Of a stretch of 64,000 nucleotides of DNA, positions 55,001 to 63,376 are shown in pieces. Where the stretch lies: IMG/VR virus record IMGVR_UViG_3300044491_001439, one strand, 5' to 3'. Position 1 is the stretch's first letter; every line of letters begins with the position of its first letter. The DNA comes from an uncultured virus (IMG/VR IMGVR_UViG_3300044491_001439) (lineage: Duplodnaviria; Heunggongvirae; Uroviricota; Caudoviricetes; Kyanoviridae). Made by a program: the position numbers and the translations under genes. The notes under the pieces were generated by a model. It saw only the letters and a list, made by a program, of their open reading frames with translations, ran no database searches and was not told the DNA's origin.

Positions 55001-58000
55001 AACTAGCGATTACATTGGTTGGGTCTTCAAAAAATACTAATTCTAACGTTGCTCCCTGTTCATATGTACTACTTTGGTTTAATAGAAGGTTTAAAACTGT
55101 AGAACTGGATTGAACAGAATAACCAGGTTCAAATTTATTATTGATAGATCTTAAAACAAATGTCGTCTCTTCAATAGTATCTCGAAGCAACTCTCCAGTT
55201 GCTCCAGTTGCTGGTTGAGTAATAGTATCCCCAACAAAAGAGTAAAAAGGTTGTACTGTCGTCAATACAGATGCTTTTGTTTCTCTAGATTCTAAAGAAG
55301 TAACTGATTTTCCGAAAGTTGATGAAACTACACCAGTAGCACCAAATCCTCCTGTGCCAGAATCATCAACGTAAATTTTTGAACCGACAGTAAAGTTAGG
55401 TTGAGAATCTTCAACAACTACTGAAGAAACGGAACCTTTAGAAACAGAATCAATAATTGCAATTTCTGATTTGCCATTTTTTTGTGTTCCCGGAATAAAC
55501 AGTCTCTTTACATTTCTTGGAAGAGAACTTTGAGTAACATCAGATTCGTAGTTAGACTTTACTGGCAAAGAATAATAATTTTCTCCCAAAACATATGGAA
55601 ATACTGGTGTTCCTGTTTGGTCAACTGTTAAAAAGTATGCGTATACCCCATTAGGAAACTCTGGTGTTACGCAAAATCTTCCATTATTAACATCTAATCT
55701 TCTTTTTCCTGTATCTACAGTTGGTGTCCACTGATAATCGTCAACAAATGTTCCCAATGGATATGGTGCATCTACAGGACCATCTACTCTACTTACTTTA
55801 AGAGAATACCCACTCTCCATTCTAACAATATCAGAAGTGGAGTTTAATGGATTTTCAAAGCCATATGGTCCGTAAATAGGATTACCGTCATACGCATAAC
55901 CTAAAATGGGTGAGTGAGTTTTTGCAGCAGTAGTTTCTAGTAAAGTAGTAGTTGCAATATTATCACTTAACCTTAATCTCAATCTTCTTGGATTTGAGAT
56001 TACTCCATAGTAATTTTTATTTCTATTGTAACCTGGTACAACTAATCCGCCATTGTCATCCAAGTTAGCAGTAAAATGTCTGTTCTTAACCCATTCGCGA
56101 ATATTCGCAGTAGCAGTAGCATTATTTGAATTCGCATCTGGAACTACAGTAACTTGTATATTCTCTTGAGTATAAAATTTACCTCCATCTATCTTTACTA
56201 GTTCTACAATTTGTCCTTGTGGAGAAATTAATGCCCGGTATTCTGCAAACCTACCTCTACCACCAAAATCACTTATCACAACAATAGGAGGAGATGAATA
56301 ATATTCACCTGGATTAACGATACGGATACTAGTAACTTCTCCTGATGTTACAATAGCTTCTAATACGGCATTTCTACCACTAACAATCTCTACTGTAGGA
56401 GGAGAAGTGTAGTTGGTAGAATTGTCAGTGCTAATAATTTCTGTTACAGTATCTCCCGTCAATCTAGCAATCGCTTTATCATTTACACCATTAATTAAAA
56501 TAAATGGAGGTTTTTGGTATCCAGATCCTCTACTAGAAATCGTAAAATTGGTGATAGGACCATATTCAATTAGATCTTCGTCTTTATATCCAAATGCAAT
56601 CGAACCATCAACAAAAATACCAATGTCCCTTCTAGGTGTTTTGTAAACTTCTGATGTTGTGGTTGTCTGTTTAGGAACGATTTTAAGTAATTCAGGATCT
56701 GATAATGTTTCACCGACAGATGCTGTCAAAATCCTTGTAGATGGATATGATGAGGTAGTAAAATAATATAAATCATTATCTTCATATACCGCACCTATGC
56801 CAGAAAGCACCTTCTGTAAACCCTGTCCCACACTAGGGTTTAGAGGAACTGATGGAGAGTCTCCAGTAACATTTACTTTCCAGCGATAATTTGAAGAAGA
56901 GTAATCAAATAAAATCGGATCTGCAGTTTCAAAACCAGGATTTGAAACTTGAACCCTATCGTTAATAGATGCATATGGTTCTGCAGCATCAATATCTAAA
57001 TTAGTTAAAACTGCATATACTAATAAAGAAACTACTCCATCAGGAGTAACTGCCTTAAGTGTAGAATAACTAGTAACCTCATCACCAACTCCATGAGTTC
57101 TTGTGATGTTTCCGCGTTTTTTGATTACAAATTGTCTAGCATTCTTACCCTCATAAGAAATAACTTCGCTATTAATGACAACAACTCCAACAGGAGATAT
57201 CCAACCAAATGTAGAATCTACTGTAATAGTATCTCCTGTAGTCATAGAGGGAGTAAGTGTTCTATTCAGAACAGTTTTTTGAGGAACCGCAAATTCTGAA
57301 TTTAATGATGATGGATTAATAACTAAATTGAAAAGTTGGTCGTCCCCATCAGAATCTACAGAATAAAAGTTTTCTACAATTGCAGATGCATAATTTAGTT
57401 TAATATTATTATCCGATTGTTGGATTATTGTTTGACCCAATAACCATTGAGGATTTCCAGAAATAACTTTTGCTTGAACAACATAAGAAGATTCCCAATC
57501 AGAAACAGAACTTTTTAAAGTTTGATCTTTTGGATTGTATGTTGTAGGAACATCATCATTACTTTTATCTACAATGCTATTAAAAATAAATCTAATAGAT
57601 TTGTCAGTTCCTTTTACTTTATAAAAATTAGAGATATTTTTAATTAAAGTTCTCTTGTCTACATCAGATTTGAGATATGCTTCTGGAAAAGACTCTAGGT
57701 ATTGATTTTCAAATGATTTTACAATAGCATATAAAAATAGATGACTTAAGTTATCAACATTGGATGATAAATCATGAGACGTTGCTTCTTCAGAAACAAA
57801 TTTTGATTTAGTATATAAATCACCAAGTTGTGTAGTACCACTAACTCCTCGGGAAACTTCTAAAAGTTCTGTACTAGTTCTTTCTTTATAAAAGCAAATC
57901 TCATTACCAATTTTAACATAACCATTTTTTAACGGGAACGAAGAGGCATCCGCAACAATAATGGTGGTATCGGTAGTATTTAAAGATGATGAAAGAGTAG

Positions 58001-58196
58001 TTCTCTCCTGCAACAACTTTTTCTCGTAAAAATCAACATCATAGTACGATGTTAAATTTGTAATAATGTCTAAAGGATTTCCAGGTGACTCTAAATGCTC
58101 ATAGTAATATTCAAGAACTTTCTTAAAGTTCTCATATTCGGATACAATAAACCCTGGAAGTTGATCTTCGATGAGTGAAGAGATCTGTGTATTCAT
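49044..58196 (-). CDS. gp7: Baseplate wedge initiator gp7 (3050 aa, with accessory insertions)
   Basis: ISSLIEDQLPGFI...FYKVKGT..SIRFIF; DSFFYQDYSYVVRS...HPAGFKMFG; between g6 and g8. Confidence 0.88.
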   Translation of the reverse strand: MNTQISSLIEDQLPGFIVSEYENFKKVLEYYYEHLESPGNPLDIITNLTSYYDVDFYEKKLLQERTTLSSSLNTTDTTIIVADASSFPLKNGYVKIGNEICFYKERTSTELLEVSRGVSGTTQLGDLYTKSKFVSEEATSHDLSSNVDNLSHLFLYAIVKSFENQYLESFPEAYLKSDVDKRTLIKNISNFYKVKGTDKSIRFIFNSIVDKSNDDVPTTYNPKDQTLKSSVSDWESSYVVQAKVISGNPQWLLGQTIIQQSDNNIKLNYASAIVENFYSVDSDGDDQLFNLVINPSSLNSEFAVPQKTVLNRTLTPSMTTGDTITVDSTFGWISPVGVVVINSEVISYEGKNARQFVIKKRGNITRTHGVGDEVTSYSTLKAVTPDGVVSLLVYAVLTNLDIDAAEPYASINDRVQVSNPGFETADPILFDYSSSNYRWKVNVTGDSPSVPLNPSVGQGLQKVLSGIGAVYEDNDLYYFTTSSYPSTRILTASVGETLSDPELLKIVPKQTTTTSEVYKTPRRDIGIFVDGSIAFGYKDEDLIEYGPITNFTISSRGSGYQKPPFILINGVNDKAIARLTGDTVTEIISTDNSTNYTSPPTVEIVSGRNAVLEAIVTSGEVTSIRIVNPGEYYSSPPIVVISDFGGRGRFAEYRALISPQGQIVELVKIDGGKFYTQENIQVTVVPDANSNNATATANIREWVKNRHFTANLDDNGGLVVPGYNRNKNYYGVISNPRRLRLRLSDNIATTTLLETTAAKTHSPILGYAYDGNPIYGPYGFENPLNSTSDIVRMESGYSLKVSRVDGPVDAPYPLGTFVDDYQWTPTVDTGKRRLDVNNGRFCVTPEFPNGVYAYFLTVDQTGTPVFPYVLGENYYSLPVKSNYESDVTQSSLPRNVKRLFIPGTQKNGKSEIAIIDSVSKGSVSSVVVEDSQPNFTVGSKIYVDDSGTGGFGATGVVSSTFGKSVTSLESRETKASVLTTVQPFYSFVGDTITQPATGATGELLRDTIEETTFVLRSINNKFEPGYSVQSSSTVLNLLLNQSSTYEQGATLELVFFEDPTNVIASSTVLSGTLEQNSVRVKVNSGNFSDYLNYEEGETILKSSNLTNTAGSEIVIINNLSSNIDITTVDESIAIAETVGAHDFAEGDAVDIQIDPDEATTETLYYVAKKQYQELNLNPQTFSGKVNDTGIGSSDMIGLGRDYVGGVYQDVELIFSDFTNVRDGVGSVGDSNNAKATVTVNTTNFDNSGQIESIVVTDAGSGYNSDDILTINPASILKPDPSDLDISIDPDMVLLNQDAIDAYLTGYFQVNTADVDAVTTFLGEPGTIFVDGNGGEYVYTGYNETDEWFTYLETVPGESLQVTDTIDGIGITLVGQTTSPGSPLPQFRFDVDGQENPSYTIRVGSTFTYNPISASQGVHAVWFVSDYSTNVREDGVALEIATYTPSNEATNNGSTDDTQNIVFTPTIPGTYYFVCISHPEAVGTINVEPAPSTAIPLVSVNAVGLGVERTDIVLDKVFSLSENDLLEVGSEIVKVTSVDTVNRKVGLERGVNGTSALNHLAGSTVLSYKPRYRFTPGAQLFGNDVNDPYVVSYDENTHKLVINYGFDAVNPRELTKVSSFADQSAPAKIVSVSSVSSLNDRLLFSLDNVNYLTNPIIDIQKYYFYKFDTSHPSMLGSYLDISTSANYNVFTEEKEVGLAEPGNAGSFVRIRLGYGANIGDIKRKTVDYTTYYYFLTSSQTDTNNSFLRVKEDPLAGLKRVVFTTENKFVYSLNDIPQYDGSGDIRYTGRSVGKIASIKLDNLGENYESLPVIKGVVPAPGYRAEVTALRDASTNSISSLTIDFAGQGYSSPKAVVSGDGTGLEIEVQSDGGMITAVKIINGGRNYLSTPKIDIIETDNKLFFESTDIGIPQSIRFINYGSFYFDDDSIKSFYESPQVLTLYNFDLDSFADGEIIEQKINGVVFASGKVASNGWNKGSNILRLVNVDGVFREGYNISGKSKGKTATISSISKTKFTPVSSTRARTLGKFNSDRGKLSSVNQRITDSFFYQDYSYVVRSKTPIKQWRNVVKDTTHPAGFKMFGEVSIESFSESKMVDNQPNSQKLTSYLILPTTAVSSLTTRRTITTSVVKVEDTTVVRGEGSAAVDSFDETLTRVREIVLSPDFDGRYDSSTGLKIGNKSFTLKDKKTGTAFTPNNNQSIMITIDGVAQNPGYSYKINGNQITFYEPPFGKRQSIVDGEIIDVPAQEYYIRGFEFREDVDNNKYLKKLKNISNSFDGRTRIFDLFYEDNSIVKSDENENFLIYLNAVLQQGSYEIRRFNSSVKTDQIVFSKAPKNYQDLYEGVPNQLQNEEYFFGYSVGSYERLSINEKLIPFNSVSNSYQILDYSGRVKNFDTPLYAYVFVDGVLQRDSISYRINGPSITFADPVKFTKQTDGTYTNAKIDILYFYGKTYNTTVTLFDFESSTYYNRTSITFSGAGTKDQVQAWFKQNTSYKTTVYQIVGGTQRVWGEVIDIGRSNGDDWEMYIRSQNVDLVADEPVYFSRRTIAGTTDVISVSFDSFSISYLLSEQNERLLNRLESNYSPFLQTTDLTDSYAYTGFVVKEHPNLRVGDFIQIDGEIDQREVFSMPLFAKTKEYRLGEQVSNSFFSKVGVGSYNEDTKGEGLSVTANIDNGVVTSLDWNKRDLQQYFDNNILINPTAYQYYTPPVLNFIPSTPDGGGAKAEVVVYGGQIIDLVLIDGGSGYKTAPRVVVSRGYNVIRGNRYPESSFDLKLKSEDGIYGVVKIISITSESTREDGELLESVSAVRLPSPIDFKEILVCFVTPDPLVVTFNTTQFENTSIVETTTQNNNLSWNETTVESDYQIVEDLSYSTYLNPVTKYYQTGVLDLNNNPMGDTEYLYSHYLPGQSVRDFIESLYIDVGYANVSGITIEQLDTTFSEFNSINSGNDSWTQNYAITDSNISTTGRVLNFGIPSIQELGSYLDSDLLIGSNLLYIPDTTNFPSSGKLLVGKEVISYTSKLSDRFLGVTRGVDNTQEVDHSAGDILRTIGNATTA

Positions 58197-58200
58197 CTAG

Positions 58201-59997
58201 TTACTCTGGATATACCGTGAATTTACTATTACTAATGTCTACATCTAGATATAGACTTCTTTCTGCATTGATATCGTTACTAGCAGGTTGTACCCTAACC
58301 TGAATTCTATTATCAAAGAAACTACCAGAAACGATAGTTACATCATACAGTTTGATTTCACCTTCTACATAGTCAACTGTTCCCAAGTCATCTTTTAAAA
58401 CAACTTTTTCTCCAGTCGCAGGATCTATTCTATATAGGACAATTTTTCCATCCCGATCTTCAAAATATACAGTATAAGTGGGATACTCACTAACCTTAAA
58501 ACCAGTACTTTGTAGTACAGGTCCATCACAAGATTTTCTGAAGGAATTTTGAAAACATAACTCATAATAATAAGTAGAATTCATTGCAGGATAAAAATCC
58601 TTACGCAACATAATACTGGTAGTGTTTGAGTTGATAGACACATCAGATTCGTCAATCACACCAACATACTTACTATATCTAAACTTACCATTAAACTGCT
58701 CGGTTTCTGATAGTTTAGTATACTCATCTACAGCACTAATAACTTTAGATCTAATTTCTTCTGGAAATTGTGTAGTCTCTCTAGTATTATAATATACTGA
58801 ACTAGTAATCTCAATATAAACTACGGAAGGATCTAAAATGTCTGCAGTGACTGATGCAACTGCATAATCTTTCAGACCTTCACTAATTTGTTGTTTTGTG
58901 AATGTTGATAGTGAAGAACCACTATTTGGCTTGATAATAATCTTTACCTTACCATATTCTGGATATCTTTCCTCTTCACCACCATATACAATGATGTCAG
59001 ATACTGCTGGATAAATCTTTCTTACAATTGCTGCATAGTCTTTAGCAGTTACTGCTCTGTTTTGTGTTGCATATTGTTTCGGAGCATTGAATTTAATTTT
59101 ATCAATGGATTCAATATTTGCACCACCAGAAGATTTGGAGACAGTTACAATATTAGTGACAACTACTGGATATACTTGATCAGACTCATCAAGTAAAGTA
59201 CCAGCAAAAGTAAACTGGGAAGCACCATTAGTCGCCTCACCACTTGTAATCAAATATGATACATCAACTACTTGATCATTATCTAATGCCCTGCCAATAA
59301 CGTTATCCCCAAAGAATAACTGATACTGTTCATCTAATGACTCATCAACATAATAAATGTTATCTTCAGAGGTAACATCGATAATAGTATCGATTTGGTT
59401 GTAATATACAAACGACGATGACGTTGGAGACTCAAATACTCTCACCCTAATAGTGCTCGTATCGGTATTTGAGTTGGATAAAATATATTGTTGCCTGGAC
59501 AAAGAAGTATCAACTACAAATTGGTTTGTAATTAAACTACCTTCATACACAGGTACGTTTGTGAAGAATGCCTCGTTATTTGCTACAGGTACTTTAATAT
59601 CATCAATAGCAACATAACGATACAGTTTATCATCAAATGTAGTTACAAATCCCGTACCCTTCTTAAGAATAATATTAGAAGGTGTCGTACCAGGAAACGT
59701 TACTTTAAAATTAACTACTGCTTGAGGTGAAACAACAGATTTTGGTTTATATCCTAGTTGTTTCGCTAGTGTGATTACATTATCTCTTAAAGTAGCAGAC
59801 TCAAGAAACAACTCATTCGTCACCATATTGGTGTTGAATGCAGTATAGTATGTATTATATGCTAATACATCTAATAGGTTTGCCCATACAGAACCTTCAA
59901 AATCAAAATCAGTAAAATCTGACTTTGATCTCAAGTAATCCTTGAGTTCGGTCTTGATATCGGTAAAATCTAAATTACTAACCTGAACGTACTTCAT
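58201..59997 (-). CDS. gp6: Baseplate wedge gp6
   Basis: LDFTDIK..LKDYL...FTDFDFEGS...LLDVLAYNT, LGYKPKS, FGD..IG, ESIDKIKFNAP...QNRAVTAKDY. Confidence 0.94.
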   Translation of the reverse strand: MKYVQVSNLDFTDIKTELKDYLRSKSDFTDFDFEGSVWANLLDVLAYNTYYTAFNTNMVTNELFLESATLRDNVITLAKQLGYKPKSVVSPQAVVNFKVTFPGTTPSNIILKKGTGFVTTFDDKLYRYVAIDDIKVPVANNEAFFTNVPVYEGSLITNQFVVDTSLSRQQYILSNSNTDTSTIRVRVFESPTSSSFVYYNQIDTIIDVTSEDNIYYVDESLDEQYQLFFGDNVIGRALDNDQVVDVSYLITSGEATNGASQFTFAGTLLDESDQVYPVVVTNIVTVSKSSGGANIESIDKIKFNAPKQYATQNRAVTAKDYAAIVRKIYPAVSDIIVYGGEEERYPEYGKVKIIIKPNSGSSLSTFTKQQISEGLKDYAVASVTADILDPSVVYIEITSSVYYNTRETTQFPEEIRSKVISAVDEYTKLSETEQFNGKFRYSKYVGVIDESDVSINSNTTSIMLRKDFYPAMNSTYYYELCFQNSFRKSCDGPVLQSTGFKVSEYPTYTVYFEDRDGKIVLYRIDPATGEKVVLKDDLGTVDYVEGEIKLYDVTIVSGSFFDNRIQVRVQPASNDINAERSLYLDVDISNSKFTVYPE

Positions 59998-60392
59998 TAT
60001 TGAGTTCTCTGCAGAAGGAAGTTAATTTGTAGTGGTGTAGTGTCTTCACGACCACGAATCTCAAATTCAAAATTTACATCAAATGCATTATCAACAAAGT
60101 TAGGTTCTACTGTCAACCCAACTACGTTCACTCTTGGTTCGTATTTACGAACAGTGTCATTAATCTCATTCTTAATAAGTGCTGCCACGCCAAAATCTAG
60201 TTGTTCAAACAACAACTCCGATAATCCAGATCCCAAATCTGGTTGAAAGGGACGCTCGCCAGGAACAGTCATTAGTAAATTGATAATTGACTGTTTGATT
60301 GCAGCATCCTCTTTGGATACTTGCAAATCACCAGTAATCGGATGTGGTTTAAAATTAACCTTTAAATCCTTAAAAGGAGCGAGATCTGGCAC
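59997..60392 (-). CDS. gp25: Baseplate wedge subunit gp25
   Basis: FKDL...HPITGDL...AIKQSIINL..T.PGERPFQP.LGS...LLFE...YEPRV; GTG start. Confidence 0.93.
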   Translation of the reverse strand: MPDLAPFKDLKVNFKPHPITGDLQVSKEDAAIKQSIINLLMTVPGERPFQPDLGSGLSELLFEQLDFGVAALIKNEINDTVRKYEPRVNVVGLTVEPNFVDNAFDVNFEFEIRGREDTTPLQINFLLQRTQ

Positions 60393-60410
60393 AACAGGAC
60401 ACTTTTATTT

Positions 60411-60539
60411 TTATTTAGTAGGATTTTCTTTCTTCTCTTCTTCTACCTTCTTTAAAAATTTATCAGATTCAACTTGAGTGATTAATGTCATACCTCTTTT
60501 GATAAAATCTTTACTTTTATCTGTTGGTGAGTTACCCAT
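60411..60539 (-). CDS. Small hypothetical protein (42 aa)
   Basis: Below track cutoff. MGNSPTDKSKDFIKRGMTLITQVESDKFLKKVEEEKKENPTK; AGGAG SD. Confidence 0.7.
   Translation of the reverse strand: MGNSPTDKSKDFIKRGMTLITQVESDKFLKKVEEEKKENPTK
60412..60418 (-). promoter_or_regulatory. Late promoter CTAAATA upstream of g25
   Basis: TAAATA 19 nt before the g25 start. Confidence 0.5.
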
Positions 60540-60572
60540 TGTATTCTCCTGTAGTTTATATTATAATTTATT

Positions 60573-60594
60573 AAAAAAAGGGGGTATTACCCCC
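60573..60594 (-). terminator. Rho-independent terminator
   Basis: GGGGG-TAATA-CCCCC then T7 on minus strand, just after the 48-aa gene. Confidence 0.8.
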
Positions 60595-60600
60595 AGTAAA

Positions 60601-60747
60601 TCAACCGCGACCTTGACCACGATAACGCTTCTTTGCTTTGTTGCGTGAAGTCGGAGTATACTTCGTGTGCTTACCCATACCCTGTCGGGTCTTCTTGGGT
60701 TGTGGTTCGATTGTAATGTTACTAGTCAGACTTGGACGACGTGCCAT
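60601..60747 (-). CDS. Small highly basic protein (48 aa)
   Basis: Below track cutoff. MARRPSLTSNITIEPQPKKTRQGMGKHTKYTPTSRNKAKKRYRGQGRG; own promoter and terminator. Confidence 0.75.
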   Translation of the reverse strand: MARRPSLTSNITIEPQPKKTRQGMGKHTKYTPTSRNKAKKRYRGQGRG

Positions 60748-60770
60748 GAGTTTTAGTGTGAACTACCGTT

Positions 60771-60799
60771 ATTATACCACAAAATTAACCGCCTGCCAA
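60771..60799 (-). promoter_or_regulatory. Sigma70-like promoter TTGGCA-N17-TATAAT with extended -10 (TG)
   Basis: -35 at 60794-60799 (inside end of PAAR gene), -10 at 60771-60776. Confidence 0.7.
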
Positions 60800-61096
60800 T
60801 ACCGAATGAGATCCTTGTGCCAAAACTGCAACACCACCAGGACCAAGACTTTGTAGAGTATCACCGATACGTGCTGCTGGTCTCTTATTTACAAAGATGG
60901 TTTTAGATCCTTTTGAAATCTGATCAATATGGGGAGATTTCTTTGGACAGATATGTGGTGCAGTTACATCCCCCACTTGTGCAGCAGGTATCTTATTAAC
61001 TAATACTGTAGCTACAGTGCTTGCAATGGGTACTGGATGCCAACACCCATGCCCACTCTCGAAATCGCCAAGACGACTCATTCCAGATCCTACCAT
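60785..61096 (-). CDS. gp5.4: PAAR-domain spike tip protein (gp5.4-like)
   Basis: SRLGD...GH, VLVNKIPAAQVGD...H.C...H, GSKTIFVNKRPAARIGD, GSHSVLAGG. Confidence 0.93.
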   Translation of the reverse strand: MVGSGMSRLGDFESGHGCWHPVPIASTVATVLVNKIPAAQVGDVTAPHICPKKSPHIDQISKGSKTIFVNKRPAARIGDTLQSLGPGGVAVLAQGSHSVLAGG

Positions 61097-61989
61097 TAGA
61101 ACTTTGCCTCCTCTCCCGGTAATGCTCTCTTCTGTCTATTTATTCTGTACTTAATACGTTCGCCATGTGGTGTCCAATTATTATCAACATCCATATATGC
61201 AGGAAATGCCCAAGTGTATGGTGGACATGTACTAGTTACAGTAATCGTAAAGAATAATCGCTCCACTTGTATTTGTGAAGGTTTCATTGACCACATATAA
61301 CTACTATTCACTGATGCTTGTTCTGTAGCAGCAGAACCTCTGGTTATGGCAGCAGCACCTGGACCCACCTCATTCATACTGATGGGCAGAGTTCCGCTCC
61401 CCGGTATATTCTTCTGTACGCTAATTCCTTTATCTCTCGGAAACCCTGGAGTCTTTACAATACCAACACCACCCTGTCGTGAAGCACCTCGGATATTATC
61501 TCTAACTAATGGAGTTTCTTTACCTTGATATAATTCAGAGAATCCTGCATCTCCATCCCAAAAGTATTTCTCGGTAACATACCCTGTTAACGGTATAGGT
61601 AACACTAAAGTAGGTACTGGACTTGATGTAATATTTAAATACTTTATATAAGGTTCACTATAGATTGGCATAGACATCTCTGGAATGTTCCCTACACCGC
61701 CCCGAGACATCAATACGGTTACACCTACCCCAGTACGCCCTGCGCTGCTTCCAGGGGCAATACTGATGCCTGTGATCATCTCTTGTGATGGTTGTACGGG
61801 AGAAAAAGGAGTGCCGCCAGGACATACTAGATTACCCTGCGCCGTAATCGGAACAGGGTTGATGTTTTCGTAGATATTTAATGATACGCTTTCTCGAAAT
61901 GTACCAAACTGCCCTACACCAGGACTTGGTAAGATCTCCCACATACCACCAACATTAATGAAACCTGGACCTGGTACTAGTACTGCCAT
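61096..61989 (-). CDS. Hypothetical (probably virion) protein (297 aa)
   Basis: Pro/Gly-rich ORF coupled to neighbours by TAATG overlaps. Confidence 0.7.
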   Translation of the reverse strand: MAVLVPGPGFINVGGMWEILPSPGVGQFGTFRESVSLNIYENINPVPITAQGNLVCPGGTPFSPVQPSQEMITGISIAPGSSAGRTGVGVTVLMSRGGVGNIPEMSMPIYSEPYIKYLNITSSPVPTLVLPIPLTGYVTEKYFWDGDAGFSELYQGKETPLVRDNIRGASRQGGVGIVKTPGFPRDKGISVQKNIPGSGTLPISMNEVGPGAAAITRGSAATEQASVNSSYMWSMKPSQIQVERLFFTITVTSTCPPYTWAFPAYMDVDNNWTPHGERIKYRINRQKRALPGEEAKF

Positions 61990-62216
61990 TACTTCTCTAA
62001 CTTTTGTAAGCGTATCTCTACATCATCAAAGAATTCAGTGATCTTTTCATGCTTCTCTGATCCGGGACGCTTATACATGAGTTGAGGAGATTTTAGACGC
62101 TCAACCTCTTGCTTTAGCACATTGATCTCCTCTAATGCATACTCAAGCACTTGTTCAACTGTCAGATTGCTCTTCACTGGGTTCGACGATTTCTTTGAGT
62201 AGTTCAAATCTTGCAT
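61989..62216 (-). CDS. Hypothetical coiled-coil protein
   Basis: ...LKQEVERLKSPQLMYKRPGSEKHEKITEFFDDVEIRLQKLEK; start uncertain (GAGG immediately before ATG 62216). Confidence 0.6.
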   Translation of the reverse strand: MQDLNYSKKSSNPVKSNLTVEQVLEYALEEINVLKQEVERLKSPQLMYKRPGSEKHEKITEFFDDVEIRLQKLEK

Positions 62217-62334
62217 CCTCTTTCTTTGGGTTCTTAAAGTTCTCGGCAGCTCGCTGCTCAAACTGCTCGCAGAAATCATCGAACTCATTCAATACTTCTG
62301 CTTGCTTATTCAGATAGTTATCGTAATCTTTCAT
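62155..62334 (-). CDS. Small acidic hypothetical protein (59 aa)
   Basis: Below track cutoff. MKDYDNYLNKQAEVLNEFDDFCEQFEQRAAENFKNPKKEDARFELLKEIVEPSEEQSDS; first gene after the late promoter. Confidence 0.65.
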   Translation of the reverse strand: MKDYDNYLNKQAEVLNEFDDFCEQFEQRAAENFKNPKKEDARFELLKEIVEPSEEQSDS

Positions 62335-62390
62335 AACTCGACTATTTTGACCTATTTTTTCTGGCGGAAATTTTTTTGATTTCCTTGAAA

Positions 62391-62397
62391 TATTTAT
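62391..62397 (-). promoter_or_regulatory. Late promoter ATAAATA at the head of the structural module
   Basis: In the intergenic junction, 56 nt upstream of ATG 62334. Confidence 0.55.
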
Positions 62398-62508
62398 CTC
62401 GTTTGGGTAACACTTTGTAGGTTAGGAAGAAGGTACTTTTTTGGTACGGCGGGACGCCTAGGGGGCATAGGGGGGCATAATACAGTCCGCCCCCGGTGTG
62501 GTATACTG

Positions 62509-63078
62509 TCAGATTGCAGCGTCAACCCAACGGGCGAACGCTTGCAGTGCCATCATGTCGAGCGGGTCGGCAGTCTCAAAGATCGGCGCTGTGCTTCTGC
62601 GTTGCTTGGTCTGGTTGACGACAAAGACTTGATGCTCTGTCTCATCAGCAAACCAAGCGGCAGAGTCTGGGTCGGTGGCGTCCTGTCCTGTGAAGACAGC
62701 GGCAGGGATGCCAGGGTAGACACGGCGGATCTTGTCAAACTCACTGCAGGCACGGTCCAGCATGGAGGAGTCTAGATAGGTCTTGCCCTCTACAATAAAG
62801 ATCAGTTCGCCGTCCTTATAGGCATGGATGTCCACCTGTGTTTTCTTATATGACTTGCCGCCCCTGCTCTCAATCATGATGTAATCGTTGTGCTTGCACA
62901 CGATGGATGGATCGACTGCATAGATCACTGCCTGTGCCACGTCCTCATAGAGGTCGCCCATGGATGCTCTCATCTTGCCTCCTGCATTGTCTTCTGACAG
63001 GTAGCGAGCATGAAGAGGGGCGATCCTCTCATCATAGATCCGAACGGCGTTGTCGAGATTAAAAGCGGTGGCGTTCAT
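62509..63078 (-). CDS. PD-(D/E)xK restriction-endonuclease-like protein (189 aa)
   Basis: GDLYED helix, QVDIH, IVEGKTYLD: E...D...ExK arrangement. Confidence 0.65.
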   Translation of the reverse strand: MNATAFNLDNAVRIYDERIAPLHARYLSEDNAGGKMRASMGDLYEDVAQAVIYAVDPSIVCKHNDYIMIESRGGKSYKKTQVDIHAYKDGELIFIVEGKTYLDSSMLDRACSEFDKIRRVYPGIPAAVFTGQDATDPDSAAWFADETEHQVFVVNQTKQRRSTAPIFETADPLDMMALQAFARWVDAAI

Positions 63079-63101
63079 GGTGTGGGGTTGTGTTCTTGTT
63101 T

Positions 63102-63129
63102 ATTGTAGCATGGAAGGGGTCGCCCCCTT
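63102..63129 (-). promoter_or_regulatory. Early promoter cassette: stem-loop plus extended -10 (TGcTACAAT)
   Basis: AAGGGG-GCGA-CCCCTT hairpin (63114-63129); TACAAT 63102-63107; A/C-rich leader. Confidence 0.65.
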
Positions 63130-63349
63130 ACAGTTCAGCGAGCATGGCATCCATCTCATCTTGGTCGATGTCGTCATGCAACCATGCCACGCCGTCGCCC
63201 GTGATGTACTCGCCGTACTCGTCAATCCAACGCTTTGCCCACTTGCGATACCCTAAATTCTTGTTTTGTTTGGCGTGACGGTAGATCGTCTCATCGTTGC
63301 CGATCCACAGTGCAGCGTTCCAAGTTTCGTAAGTTGCCCAACCGTTCAT
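63128..63349 (-). CDS. Small early phage protein (73 aa; NGWxxYETW family)
   Basis: MNGWATYETWNAALWIGNDE...TGDGVAW...; start placed after promoter and leader. Confidence 0.75.
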   Translation of the reverse strand: MNGWATYETWNAALWIGNDETIYRHAKQNKNLGYRKWAKRWIDEYGEYITGDGVAWLHDDIDQDEMDAMLAEL

Positions 63350-63376
63350 GCTGTGTCCTGTGTTGTGTTCTCTTGT

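Noticed and set aside
38931..58196. Inteins or introns in the very large gp7 and DUF4815 genes
   Set aside because: No C...HN intein ends, LAGLIDADG/HNH motifs or frame interruptions noticed; size is explained by accessory domains
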